DNA from: Christensenellaceae bacterium | GTDB lineage: Bacteria > Bacillota > Clostridia > Christensenellales > Borkfalkiaceae | Assembly: GCA_022768945.1 (NCBI GenBank) | Contig: JALEKY010000003.1 | Location: forward strand, 1,135 to 65,134 | Length of the DNA stretch: 64,000 bases | Direction: 5' to 3' | Part shown: piece by piece, positions 45,412 through 54,839 of the stretch | How the letters are laid out: each line of letters starts with the position of its first letter | Position numbering within the stretch: position 1 is the first letter of the stretch | Program-made: the position numbers and the translations under genes | Notes under the pieces: model-generated | The model's input: the letters and a program-made list of their open reading frames with translations, nothing else | What the model was told of the DNA's origin: nothing | The model's database searches: none

Positions 45412-45852
45412 TCAAAGATATTGTTTCAGTCTTTCCTCGTATTCTTCTTCGAGCGAGGCGAGCTTCGTTGCGAGTTCTTTTACTTCAGGAGCGACGACAT
45501 CCTTTTTTTCGTCGAGTTCCCGGTAGACATCGGTAATTCCCATAACGGTGCCTTTAATCATCATTTCGGCTACCTCCGAACGATTATCGCTCTTCATCGT
45601 GTTCATTTTTACGGACGCTTTCAGCATCATTTTTTTGAACGTGCCTATATCCTTAGGCTCGATGCCGTTCGTTTTCATAAGAGAGGAAATCTCGCCTATT
45701 ATTTTTTCATAGCCTTCGTATTGACCTTGAAGTTCTTTTCTGAATTTTTCGTCTGTGAGTTCTTCGGTAAGGTCGCTTATCGACTGAAGGGCTATATGCG
45801 CGTTTTTGTACAGGTTGTTAAGTATTTCTCCGTTTATTTTCTTGTCAGTCAT
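45412..45852 (-). CDS. hypothetical helical (coiled-coil / four-helix-bundle-like) protein
   Basis: I trimmed the ORF to MTDKKINGEILNNLYKNAH (ATG 45852, AGGAG RBS), giving 146 aa. I recognise no confident family. Confidence 0.55.
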   Translation of the reverse strand: MTDKKINGEILNNLYKNAHIALQSISDLTEELTDEKFRKELQGQYEGYEKIIGEISSLMKTNGIEPKDIGTFKKMMLKASVKMNTMKSDNRSEVAEMMIKGTVMGITDVYRELDEKKDVVAPEVKELATKLASLEEEYEERLKQYL

Positions 45853-45908
45853 TTCAATCTCCTTTTTGACAAAAGTTTGAGTTAAAGAAAAAAAATTATG
45901 CAAAACGT

Positions 45909-46028
45909 TTGACTTATGTTTGTTTTTCGTGTATATTATATGGGAACCGCTCGGAACGGGCTTTTTTAAGTTTGCAAAATTCGCAACGCCTCGGTTTTAC
46001 CGGCGAGATTGGACAGGGAGGTAAAAAC
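45909..46028 (+). promoter_or_regulatory. rplU promoter (TTGACT-17-TATATT) and ~85-nt leader; possible L21-leader autoregulatory element
   Basis: The -35 lies at 45909-45914 and the -10 at 45932-45937. Firmicutes rplU operons commonly carry an L21 leader. I could not verify the structure by eye. Confidence 0.4.
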
Positions 46029-46331
46029 ATGTACGCTATTATTGCTAACGGTTCTAAACAGTATAAGGCAACCGTAGGTGAAACGATTAAGTTCGAGAAG
46101 CTTGCCGCAAACGTAGGGGATAAGGTAGAATTCGAAGTTCTTCTCGTATCCGACGAAAACGGCGTTAAACTCGGAGAAGAAGTTAAAAACCTTAAAGCCG
46201 TAGGCGAAGTACTTGCACAGGATAAGATGAAGAAGATTATCGTGTACAAATACAAAGCTAAGAAGAACGTAAGAAAGAAGCAAGGTCACAGACAGCCGTT
46301 CACGGCAGTTAAAATCGATTCTATCGGTTAA
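46029..46331 (+). CDS. rplU: 50S ribosomal protein L21
   Basis: I moved the start to MYAIIANGSKQYKATVGE (ATG 46029, GGGAGG RBS). Confidence 0.9.
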   Translation: MYAIIANGSKQYKATVGETIKFEKLAANVGDKVEFEVLLVSDENGVKLGEEVKNLKAVGEVLAQDKMKKIIVYKYKAKKNVRKKQGHRQPFTAVKIDSIG

Positions 46332-46359
46332 CAATTATTGACATTCGGAGGATTTTAAT

Positions 46360-46632
46360 ATGATACTTATCAGATTATTTGCTCATAAAAAAGGTGTCGG
46401 TAGTACCAGAAACGGCAGAGACAGCGAATCTAAACGTTTAGGTGCTAAGCGTGCGGACGGTCAGTACGTTCTCGCAGGCAATATCCTTTACACCCAGAGA
46501 GGCACTCACATTCACCCCGGCGTAAACGTGGGTATCGGCAGCAACGATACGCTCTACGCTCTTACCGACGGTGTTGTTAAGTACGAAAGATTGGGCAAAG
46601 ACAAAAAACAAGTCAGCGTTTACGCAAAGTAA
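46360..46632 (+). CDS. rpmA: 50S ribosomal protein L27 with a 7-residue N-terminal extension
   Basis: The product begins [44 protein letters not shown] lies 8 nt upstream of the ATG. Confidence 0.9.
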   Translation: MILIRLFAHKKGVGSTRNGRDSESKRLGAKRADGQYVLAGNILYTQRGTHIHPGVNVGIGSNDTLYALTDGVVKYERLGKDKKQVSVYAK

Positions 46633-46651
46633 TTAAAACTAAATAAAACAG

Positions 46652-46686
46652 GGCGGAGAACGATTTAAAGTTCTTCGTCTTTTTTA
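46652..46686 (+). terminator. intrinsic terminator after rpmA
   Basis: A 10-bp stem GGCGGAGAAC/GTTCTTCGTC (two G-U pairs) is followed by TTTTTT. Confidence 0.7.
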
Positions 46687-46745
46687 TTGTAAAAAATTTT
46701 CAAATCGTAAGAAAACGAAAATTGAATGAAAAATCGAAAAAAGAC

Positions 46746-46774
46746 TTGATTTCGACAAAAGATAGTAGTATAAT
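46746..46774 (+). promoter_or_regulatory. sigma-A promoter TTGATT-17-TATAAT for the decarboxylase cluster
   Basis: The -35 lies at 46746-46751 and the -10 at 46769-46774. Confidence 0.6.
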
Positions 46775-46818
46775 GTGACTATCGTAAATTTATAATGGAG
46801 GAGATTAGGAGTTTTTTA

Positions 46819-48195
46819 ATGGATAAAATAAATTTACTTAAAAACAGACGCGACGCTTTACTTAAAAACGGTAAAGAAACGCGCGAAAAAATCTCGACTC
46901 TCGTAGACGGAGAAAGTTTCGTAGAACTTTCTTCTTACAGTTTTTCTAGGAACGAGTTTTACTCGGACGAGGAACAGGGCGAGGGCGTTATCACCGGTTT
47001 CGCCACGATAGACGGTCAGCCTTGCTATATTGTAGCTCAGAACGCAAAAGTTTGTTCGGGCGGTATAAGCAAAGCCAACTGCGATAAGATAGCTAAAGCT
47101 TTGGTAGCTGCGGAAAACAGCTCTTCGCCGGTAGTGTATCTGCTTGAATCCAAGGGTGTGCAGATAGGCGAGGGCGTAAACGTTCTCGAAGGCGTTGCGG
47201 ACGTTCTTTGGAGAGTAAGCAATCTTTCGGGCAAAGTACCGCAGATCGCTATAGTGGACGGCGACGTATTCGGCGCATTCGCGGCTCTCGTCGCTTCTTG
47301 CGATATGGCGTTCTACACTAAAAACGCGTGCGTTTCGTTCGCTTCTCCCGCGGTTCTCGGCGCAACCGAGAAGTTCCCCAAAACGAAGGAAGAAGTCGGC
47401 GGCGTAAAGGCTCTCGCAAACAACGGACTTAACGCTACCGTGGTCGAGGACCTTGCCGAAGCGAAAGATAAAGTTTCGAAAGTGATTGAAATTCTTCAGT
47501 GCGACGAAATAGAAAACGGCGACGATTACAACAGAACCGCTCCCGAACTCAACGAAAAAGTTTGCGCGAAATGCCTTACTAAGGCGATTTTTGACGAAGG
47601 AACTTACGTCGAAGTCGGCGCAAGCTTCTGCCCCGAAGTTAAAACGGCGTTCGGCACAATCGGCGGAATGAGCGTCGGCGCGATCGTTTTCGACGGCAGA
47701 GAAGAAGGGGTTGAAATCACTGCGAACGTTATGAAAAAAATCAAGCGTTTCGCGGCTCTTCTTTCTGATTATGGTCTGCCTCTCGTTAACCTCGTTAACG
47801 CTAAGGGTATAGCAAAGACTTTCGAGGCTTCTCAGAGCGACGTTTTAAACGAAATCGCAGGCTATATTTACAACACTACGGATATTAAGAAGCTGTCCTT
47901 GGTGTACGGCAAAGCGGTAGGTATGGGTTACACCTTGTTTGCCGCTAAGGAAATGGGCTACGATTATACCGCGGCTTTCCCGGACGCTATGGTTTCTCTC
48001 TTCGACACTCTCGAGGGCGCGTACATCCAGTTCAGCGGAGTAACCGTTTCGGACGAGAAGAAGTTCGAGGAAAAATATAAAACGGAAAATCAGGATCCGT
48101 TCAATGCGGCTAAGGGCGGCTATATCGATAATATCATTGAACCGCAATTCGTTCGCCAACACCTGATAGCTTCTTTGCAGATGCTCGTGAGGTGA
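46819..48195 (+). CDS. acyl-CoA carboxyltransferase subunit (methylmalonyl-/glutaconyl-CoA decarboxylase alpha, 12S-like)
   Basis: I moved the start to MDKINLLKNRRDAL (ATG 46819, AGGAG RBS). It shows the carboxyl_transferase two-lobe pattern and is 458 aa long. Confidence 0.75.
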   Translation: MDKINLLKNRRDALLKNGKETREKISTLVDGESFVELSSYSFSRNEFYSDEEQGEGVITGFATIDGQPCYIVAQNAKVCSGGISKANCDKIAKALVAAENSSSPVVYLLESKGVQIGEGVNVLEGVADVLWRVSNLSGKVPQIAIVDGDVFGAFAALVASCDMAFYTKNACVSFASPAVLGATEKFPKTKEEVGGVKALANNGLNATVVEDLAEAKDKVSKVIEILQCDEIENGDDYNRTAPELNEKVCAKCLTKAIFDEGTYVEVGASFCPEVKTAFGTIGGMSVGAIVFDGREEGVEITANVMKKIKRFAALLSDYGLPLVNLVNAKGIAKTFEASQSDVLNEIAGYIYNTTDIKKLSLVYGKAVGMGYTLFAAKEMGYDYTAAFPDAMVSLFDTLEGAYIQFSGVTVSDEKKFEEKYKTENQDPFNAAKGGYIDNIIEPQFVRQHLIASLQMLVR

Positions 48196-48200
48196 CGTAA

Positions 48201-48521
48201 ATGTTGAATTTATTGGTTATGTCTGACGGAATGACCGGGCTTGTAGGATTTTTACTCGGTATGGCTATCGTATTTCTCGGTATTGCCGTACTCGTATTTA
48301 TCGTATGGCTCGCGGGTAAGATTCTTGCCGTTTCGACAGCTAAAAAAAGCGAGCAGGCTAAGGCATCCGCAGAGACTGTGAAGATTGCCGCGCCCGCAGA
48401 AGTTAACGACGGGGAAATTCCCGAACACGTAAAAGTAGCAATTACCGCGGCGGTATACGCTTACTACGCGCAAGCCGACGAAAAATGCGAATTCACCGTA
48501 AGAAAAATTGTCAGGAGATAA
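48201..48521 (+). CDS. OadG/MmdD-like small membrane subunit of Na+-translocating decarboxylase
   Basis: 106 aa with one N-terminal TM helix, an Ala-rich linker and the C-terminal IPEHVKVAITAAVYAYY motif. Confidence 0.6.
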   Translation: MLNLLVMSDGMTGLVGFLLGMAIVFLGIAVLVFIVWLAGKILAVSTAKKSEQAKASAETVKIAAPAEVNDGEIPEHVKVAITAAVYAYYAQADEKCEFTVRKIVRR

Positions 48522-48527
48522 AAGAAT

Positions 48528-48899
48528 ATGCGTAATTTTTTAATAACGATAGAAGGTAAACAGTACGAAGTATCCGTAGAAGAAGTTTCTTCCGACGGAA
48601 AAGTAACCCCCGTTGTAACCGCGGCGGCTCCCGTAAAAGCGGCTGCTCCCGTTGCTTCCGCGGCACCCGCTGCTAAGGCTCCCGTTAACGGAACCGAAAT
48701 GAAATGCCCGATGCCCGGACTTATCGTAAACTTTAAAGTTGCAGAAGGCGCAACCGTAAAGAAAGGGGACGTTGTAGTCGTTCTCGAAGCTATGAAAATG
48801 GAAAACGACCTTACCTCGCCTGCGGACGGCGTTATTTCCTTCCGCGTTCAGAAGGGCGCAAACGTAGACACCGGCGACGTTCTTGCTGTAATCGGCTGA
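48528..48899 (+). CDS. biotin carboxyl carrier protein (biotinyl domain)
   Basis: 123 aa with an Ala/Pro linker and the biotinylation motif LEAMKMEN. Confidence 0.85.
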   Translation: MRNFLITIEGKQYEVSVEEVSSDGKVTPVVTAAAPVKAAAPVASAAPAAKAPVNGTEMKCPMPGLIVNFKVAEGATVKKGDVVVVLEAMKMENDLTSPADGVISFRVQKGANVDTGDVLAVIG

Positions 48900-48912
48900 T
48901 AAGAGGTGCGCG

Positions 48913-50103
48913 ATGCAGTTACTTTTTAATTCCTTATTGGCAAGCGATTTAGGTGAAATGTTTCGCAAGCTGTGGGAAAGCACGGGTATTTATAACGGTC
49001 AATGGGAAAACTACGTAATGATACTCGTTTCGTTTGTTCTTTTCTATCTCGCGATAGTAAAGAAATTCGAACCGTTGTTGCTTCTCCCGATAGCTTTCGG
49101 TATGTTTTTCATCAACCTCCCCGGCGCGAGAGACGTTCTGTGGGGCGTTGAGGGACCGGACGGCGAAGTAATAGAAAGTACCCGCGGGCTTATATGGTAT
49201 TTGTTCCGCGGCGTTGAATGGGTTATTTATCCTCCGCTGATCTTCCTCGGTATAGGCGTTATGACCGACTTCGGTCCGTTAATCGCAAATCCGAAGAGTA
49301 TGTTTATGGGCGCTGCGGCTCAGCTCGGCGTGTTCCTTACTTTCCTTGCAGCCGCGTTTCTTCCGTCGTTTACGCTTAAAGAAGCTGCCGCGATAGCTAT
49401 TATCGGGGGAGCGGACGGTCCTACCGCGATTTACGTTGCGCAGAAGCTCGCTCCGCATCTGCTTTCCGCAATAGCTATAGCGGCTTACTCGTATATGGCT
49501 CTTATACCTGTCATTCAGAAGCCCATTATGCGCCTTTTGACAACCAAGAAAGAAAGAGCCATCAAAATGAAACAATTAAGAAAGGTTTCCAAGCTCGAGA
49601 GAATTTTATTCCCGATAGTAGTTTGCCTTGTGGTAGGTTTCCTGCTTCCGGACGCAATGCCTCTTCTCGGTATGCTTATGCTCGGTAACCTTATGAGAGA
49701 GTCCGGCGTTGTCGGCAGACTTACCGATACCGCTCAGAACGGACTTATGAACACGATTACGATTTTCCTCGGAGTATGCGTCGGAACGAAAGCTTACGGG
49801 CAGACGTTCCTCGCCTGGAATACGCTTCTTATAATCGGTCTGGGACTCGTTGCGTTCTGCTTCGGTACCGTGGGCGGACTTCTCGTCGGTAAGCTTATGT
49901 GCAAACTTTCCGGAGGAAAAATCAATCCGCTTATCGGTTCGGCGGGCGTATCCGCAGTTCCTATGGCTGCGAGAATTTCACAGGATGTAGGCAGGGAAAC
50001 GGATCCTGACAACCACTTACTGATGCACGCTATGGGACCGAACGTCGCGGGCGTTATCGGTTCTGCAATCGCCGCGGGCGTTCTTCTCGCAATCTGCGGC
50101 TAA
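48913..50103 (+). CDS. Na+-transporting decarboxylase beta subunit (OadB/MmdB/GcdB family)
   Basis: 396 aa, polytopic, with GADGPTAIY and [12 protein letters not shown] motifs. Confidence 0.85.
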   Translation: MQLLFNSLLASDLGEMFRKLWESTGIYNGQWENYVMILVSFVLFYLAIVKKFEPLLLLPIAFGMFFINLPGARDVLWGVEGPDGEVIESTRGLIWYLFRGVEWVIYPPLIFLGIGVMTDFGPLIANPKSMFMGAAAQLGVFLTFLAAAFLPSFTLKEAAAIAIIGGADGPTAIYVAQKLAPHLLSAIAIAAYSYMALIPVIQKPIMRLLTTKKERAIKMKQLRKVSKLERILFPIVVCLVVGFLLPDAMPLLGMLMLGNLMRESGVVGRLTDTAQNGLMNTITIFLGVCVGTKAYGQTFLAWNTLLIIGLGLVAFCFGTVGGLLVGKLMCKLSGGKINPLIGSAGVSAVPMAARISQDVGRETDPDNHLLMHAMGPNVAGVIGSAIAAGVLLAICG

Positions 50104-50115
50104 TCGGAGGATAAT

Positions 50116-51525
50116 ATGGCAAGAAAAGTTTTAATTACAGATACGATTTTAAGGGACGCTCATCAATCTCAGGCGGCGACTCGTATGCGCCTCGACGAAA
50201 TGCTTCCCGTTCTCGATCAGCTCGACGAGATAGGTTATTACTCTCTCGAAGCATGGGGCGGAGCGACTTTCGACAGCTGCATGCGTTATCTTAACGAAGA
50301 TCCTTGGGAAAGATTGAGAATATTAAAGAAACACTTAAAGAAAACCCCGATACAGATGCTTTTGAGAGGGCAGAACCTTCTCGGTTACAAGCACTATGCG
50401 GACGACGTGGTTGAGAAATTCGTAGAAGCTTCCATCAGAAACGGCGTAAGCATCGTTCGAGTATTCGACGCACTTAACGATCCCCGTAATATGGAAACGG
50501 CTATGAAAGCCATCAAAAAGTACGGCGGCGTTTGCGAAGCTGCTATCTGCTACACGACGAGCCCCGTTCACACCACGGAGTATTTCGTAAAACTCGCAAA
50601 ACAGCTCGAAGATATGGGCGCGGACAATATCTGCATAAAGGATATGGCGAACATTCTTCTTCCGTACACCGCTTACGACCTTGTAAAGAAGATGAAAGCA
50701 GTTTTGAAACCCGAAACAAAAATTCACCTTCATACGCATAACACCGCAGGTACCGGCGATATGATTAACCTTAAGGCAATAGAAGCCGGCTGCGATATAG
50801 TCGATACGGCTCTTTCGCCTCTCGGAAACGGCACTTCTCAGCCCGCTACCGAGCCTTTAATCGCTACGCTTAAGGGCACCGAGTACGACACGGGTATAGA
50901 TATAAACAAGCTCCTTCCGATAACCGAACACTTCAGAACGGTTGCCGAAAGACTTACAAAGGACGGATTCCTTTCGCCCAAGGTATTGAAAGTAGATATC
51001 AACACGCTTGTTTATCAGGTTCCCGGCGGAATGCTTTCCAACCTTATCTCGCAGCTTAAACAGCAAAATAAGTCGGATAAGCTCATCGAGGTATTGCAGG
51101 AAGTTCCGAGAGTTCGTAAGGACTTCGGTTATCCGTCGCTCGTTACGCCTACCAGCCAGATAGTCGGCACGCAGGCTGTTCTCAACGTTTTAAACGGCGA
51201 AAGATACAAAATGGTTACTAAAGAGAGCAAAGGCTTACTCAAAGGCGAATACGGCAAATTGCCCGGAACGCCCGACGCGGAAGTCGTTAAAAAGATTGTC
51301 GGAAACGAACAGATTATCACTCATCGCCCGGCGGACGATATTGCTCCCGAATACGAAAAATACAGAAGCGAACTCGATCCCAACTTTATTACGCAGGAGG
51401 AGGACGTTCTTTCTTACGCGCTGTTCAATCAGGTTGCAATCAACTTCTTTAAGAACAGAATGGCAAAAGAAAAGGGCGTAGACAAGGATCTCGCTTCTTC
51501 CAAAGACAGAGTATATCCCGTATAA
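50116..51525 (+). CDS. oxaloacetate decarboxylase alpha / pyruvate carboxylase subunit B-type carboxyltransferase (5S-like), without a biotinyl domain
   Basis: The N-terminus is ITDTILRDAHQSQAATRMR. It has HMGL-like TIM barrel motifs (HLHTHNTAGTG) and a PYC_OADA-type C-terminal region, and it ends without an AMKM motif. Confidence 0.85.
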   Translation: MARKVLITDTILRDAHQSQAATRMRLDEMLPVLDQLDEIGYYSLEAWGGATFDSCMRYLNEDPWERLRILKKHLKKTPIQMLLRGQNLLGYKHYADDVVEKFVEASIRNGVSIVRVFDALNDPRNMETAMKAIKKYGGVCEAAICYTTSPVHTTEYFVKLAKQLEDMGADNICIKDMANILLPYTAYDLVKKMKAVLKPETKIHLHTHNTAGTGDMINLKAIEAGCDIVDTALSPLGNGTSQPATEPLIATLKGTEYDTGIDINKLLPITEHFRTVAERLTKDGFLSPKVLKVDINTLVYQVPGGMLSNLISQLKQQNKSDKLIEVLQEVPRVRKDFGYPSLVTPTSQIVGTQAVLNVLNGERYKMVTKESKGLLKGEYGKLPGTPDAEVVKKIVGNEQIITHRPADDIAPEYEKYRSELDPNFITQEEDVLSYALFNQVAINFFKNRMAKEKGVDKDLASSKDRVYPV

Positions 51526-52268
51526 TGAATATACTTCTTTGCAACGACGACGGCATATCGAGCGAGGGGTTAAAAGCCCTCGCAGATAAGTTGTCGGAGA
51601 AACATAATATTTTAGTTGTTGCACCCGACGGAAACCGCTCGGGCTTTTCTCATTCTTTAACGTTCGATAAACCGCTCGTTTTAAAAAAGCGTTTTATGAG
51701 CGAAAATTACGAGGCGTATTCTTTTTCCGGCACGCCCGTCGATTGCGTTAAATTCGCGACGGACAAGTTTGCGGCTTTTAAACCGGATTTGGTTGTGAGC
51801 GGAATTAACAACGGTTCGAACATCGGCACGGACGTTTTATACTCTGGTACGGTATCCGCCGCGTGCGAGGCCAACGCCCTCGGATATAAAGCGATAGCTT
51901 TTTCGCTTGCGGAAAGGAACGCGGTAAGTTACGAAAAAGCCGCGGAATATTTTGCGGAAGTTGCCGAAAAGTATTATTCGCTTCTTAGTCCTGCTTTCGT
52001 GTTTAACGTTAATCTGCCTTATGCCGATACGGACAGAGTGCGCGGAATGAAGTTTACGCCGCTCGGAGTTCAGATTTACACGGACAAGTATCTTTTGGGC
52101 GAAGACGGAAAATACACGCTCGTCGGGGAGCCGATAGCGCACGATAAAAACGAGGAAGACTGCGACGTGGAATGGATACGCAAAGGTTTCGCCACGATTA
52201 CGCCCGTTTTACTCGACAGAACGGCTTTTTCCGTTCTCGAAAAACTTAAAAACGGAGAAAGAGAGTAA
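51525..52268 (+). CDS. surE: 5'/3'-nucleotidase SurE
   Basis: It has the N-terminal MNILLCNDDGISSEGL and GINNGSNIG and YSGTVSAA motifs. Confidence 0.85.
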   Translation: MNILLCNDDGISSEGLKALADKLSEKHNILVVAPDGNRSGFSHSLTFDKPLVLKKRFMSENYEAYSFSGTPVDCVKFATDKFAAFKPDLVVSGINNGSNIGTDVLYSGTVSAACEANALGYKAIAFSLAERNAVSYEKAAEYFAEVAEKYYSLLSPAFVFNVNLPYADTDRVRGMKFTPLGVQIYTDKYLLGEDGKYTLVGEPIAHDKNEEDCDVEWIRKGFATITPVLLDRTAFSVLEKLKNGERE

Positions 52269-53494
52269 TGGGCAGAGTTGCCGTTATCGGGGGCGGTGCG
52301 TCCGGAATGATTGCCGCCATCAGGGCGAGCGAAAATAACGAGGTCGTTTTGTTCGAAAAGAACGAAAAACTCGGGAAAAAGATTTATATTACGGGCAAGG
52401 GGCGTTGCAACGTGACGAACGACTGCGAAAAAGAGGAATTTTTGCATAGCGTCGTGAGTAATCCGAAGTTTCTTATGAGCGCGCTCAATAATTTTACTCC
52501 GCAGGATTTAATGAATTTTCTCGAAACGAACGGGCTTACTTTAAAAGTTGAGAGAGGAAACAGGGTGTTTCCGCTTTCGGATAAGGCGAGCGACGTCACC
52601 GCCGTTTTCGCGAAAAAGATGAAAGAATGCGGCGTAGACGTGAGATTAAACGAAAAAGTCGACGAAATATCCGTTCTCGACGGCTCGGTTAACGGAGTAA
52701 AAACCGAAAAGGGATTTATTCCGTTCGACAAAGTCATCGTTTGTACGGGTGGAAAGAGTTACCCCTCGACGGGCAGTACCGGCGACGGATATAGGTTCGC
52801 TGAAAAAGCCGGGCATACGGTCGTCACTCCCGTGCCGTCGCTTGTAGGACTTAATTTAAAGGGGGACGACTTCAAATCGTGTCAGGGGCTTTCGCTTAAA
52901 AACGTGGAGGTAAGCGTTTTCAGGGGCGAAAAGAAGATTTTTTCTGATTTCGGTGAAATGCTCTTCACCCATTTCGGAATATCCGGACCGATAGTGCTGT
53001 CGTCTTCGTGCGTTCTTTGCAGAGAGCGGCTTTCGGACATAAAAGTAGTTATCGATTTAAAACCCGCTTTGACTAAAGAAAAGCTCGACGAAAGACTTTT
53101 AAGGGATTTCGAGGCGAACAGCAACAAAAATTTTATAAACGTTTTGCCGTCGCTCGTGCCGAAATCTCTTAACGAATTGATTATTCGTCGCACGGGTATT
53201 TCTGCAAACAGAAAAATAAACGGCATTACCGCCGCTGAACGCGCTAAGATCGTTTCCGCTCTGAAGGAGCTGACTTTTTCGTTAGCTTCGCTTAGACCTT
53301 TCGAAGAGGCGATAGTCACTTCGGGCGGCGTAAGCGTAAAGGAAGTCAATCCGAAGACGATGGAGAGCAAACTCGTAAAAGGACTGTATTTTGCCGGAGA
53401 AGTTCTCGACGTAGACGCGTTTACGGGCGGGTTTAATCTTCAGATAGCGTTTTCGACGGGCGTTGCCGCGGGCGAAGGCGCATGCAGAGACTGA
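52268..53494 (+). CDS. HI0933/BaiN-family NAD(P)/FAD-dependent oxidoreductase
   Basis: It has VAVIGGGASGMIAA, GKGRCNVTN and a C-terminal FAGEVLDVDAFTGGFNLQ motif. Confidence 0.75.
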   Translation: MGRVAVIGGGASGMIAAIRASENNEVVLFEKNEKLGKKIYITGKGRCNVTNDCEKEEFLHSVVSNPKFLMSALNNFTPQDLMNFLETNGLTLKVERGNRVFPLSDKASDVTAVFAKKMKECGVDVRLNEKVDEISVLDGSVNGVKTEKGFIPFDKVIVCTGGKSYPSTGSTGDGYRFAEKAGHTVVTPVPSLVGLNLKGDDFKSCQGLSLKNVEVSVFRGEKKIFSDFGEMLFTHFGISGPIVLSSSCVLCRERLSDIKVVIDLKPALTKEKLDERLLRDFEANSNKNFINVLPSLVPKSLNELIIRRTGISANRKINGITAAERAKIVSALKELTFSLASLRPFEEAIVTSGGVSVKEVNPKTMESKLVKGLYFAGEVLDVDAFTGGFNLQIAFSTGVAAGEGACRD

Positions 53495-53565
53495 CCGACG
53501 CGTCGTTTCGTTGATTTCGGCTATAATACAATGAAGAAAAGTTTATTCAATCAGGAACTGACAAT

Positions 53566-54231
53566 ATGAAAAGAAAAATTACAATCGCGCTCGACGGTCC
53601 TTCCGGAAGCGGAAAAAGCACCATTGCAAAAGCGTTATCCGAAAAACTCGATATTTTGTATCTCGATACGGGCGCAATGTATCGCGCATGCGGCTTAAAA
53701 GCCGAAAAATCGGGTATTTCCTGCAAAGACGAAAAGGGAGTTATGTCGTTTATAAACGATATTGACCTGAAAATAGTGTATTCGGACGGAGTTCAGCACA
53801 CGATTCTCGACGGTGAGGACGTTTCGAAAGAAATAAGGAGAAACGAAGTCTCCATGCTCGCTTCGGACATTTCCGCCCTTAAATGCGTAAGACTTAAAAT
53901 GGTGGAGCTTCAAAGGCAGATCGCGGGCGAAATGTCATGCGTGCTCGACGGCAGAGATATAGGCACGCACGTGCTTCCGAACGCGGATTTCAAGTTTTTC
54001 ATAACCGCTTCGTCGGACGTAAGGGCGGAGAGGAGAAAAAAAGAATTGCTCTTCCGCGGGCAAGAAGTTTCTTTCGAAACAATTAAAAAAGAAATAGAAC
54101 AGCGAGATTTTAACGATTCGCACAGAGAGTTCGCGCCGCTGAGAAAAGCGGACGACGCGGTGGAAATAGATACATCGGACATGACGCCCGACGAAGTTCT
54201 CGATAAAATACTCGCAATAACGGGGGTGTAA
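53566..54231 (+). CDS. cmk: cytidylate kinase
   Basis: It has P-loop DGPSGSGKST, LDTGAMYR and DGRDIGT motifs. Confidence 0.9.
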   Translation: MKRKITIALDGPSGSGKSTIAKALSEKLDILYLDTGAMYRACGLKAEKSGISCKDEKGVMSFINDIDLKIVYSDGVQHTILDGEDVSKEIRRNEVSMLASDISALKCVRLKMVELQRQIAGEMSCVLDGRDIGTHVLPNADFKFFITASSDVRAERRKKELLFRGQEVSFETIKKEIEQRDFNDSHREFAPLRKADDAVEIDTSDMTPDEVLDKILAITGV

Positions 54232-54233
54232 TT

Positions 54234-54839
54234 TTGTATCGGTTTTTAAGAACGATTCTTTACGGATTCTTTTATATTTTTTACCCGCGCAAAATCTACG
54301 GAAAGGAAAATTTGCCGGAGGGCGGTCACGTTGTAGTAGCAAATCATCTTGCAAAAACCGACGTTTGGTACGTAGGCGGAATTTACAAAAAAAAGATATA
54401 TTTCGTCGCGAAAAAGGAGCTTGTAAAGAAGAAGATTTTCGGTAGAATAATCAGAACGCTCGGAGGCATTCCCGTAGACAGAGAAGGGTATGATATAGAA
54501 TGTATCAAAGAATCTCTTAAAGTGCTCAAGGGCGGAGACGTTCTCGCGATTTTTCCGGAGGGGACGAGAAATAAAAAGAATACCGAATTACAGCCTTTAA
54601 AACCCGGCGCGGGTATGCTTGCGTTTAAGGCGAAAGTTCCGGTGGTTCCCGTAATTATAGACAAGAAAGCTCGCATTTTCAGAAGAACGAACGTTCTTAT
54701 AGGCAAGCCGCTTTATCTCGACGAGTATTACGGCAGGAGGCTCGATTCAGAACTTCACGACGAGATTAACGAAAAAATCAGAAAATCGATGCTCGAAACG
54801 CAGAGAGAACTTTGCGAAATGACAAAAAAGAAAAGATAA
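54234..54839 (+). CDS. plsC: 1-acyl-sn-glycerol-3-phosphate acyltransferase
   Basis: It has a TTG start and the motifs NHLAKTD (NHx4D) and FPEGTR. Its position within cmk-plsC-ispH/rpsA fits the usual order. Confidence 0.75.
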   Translation: MYRFLRTILYGFFYIFYPRKIYGKENLPEGGHVVVANHLAKTDVWYVGGIYKKKIYFVAKKELVKKKIFGRIIRTLGGIPVDREGYDIECIKESLKVLKGGDVLAIFPEGTRNKKNTELQPLKPGAGMLAFKAKVPVVPVIIDKKARIFRRTNVLIGKPLYLDEYYGRRLDSELHDEINEKIRKSMLETQRELCEMTKKKR

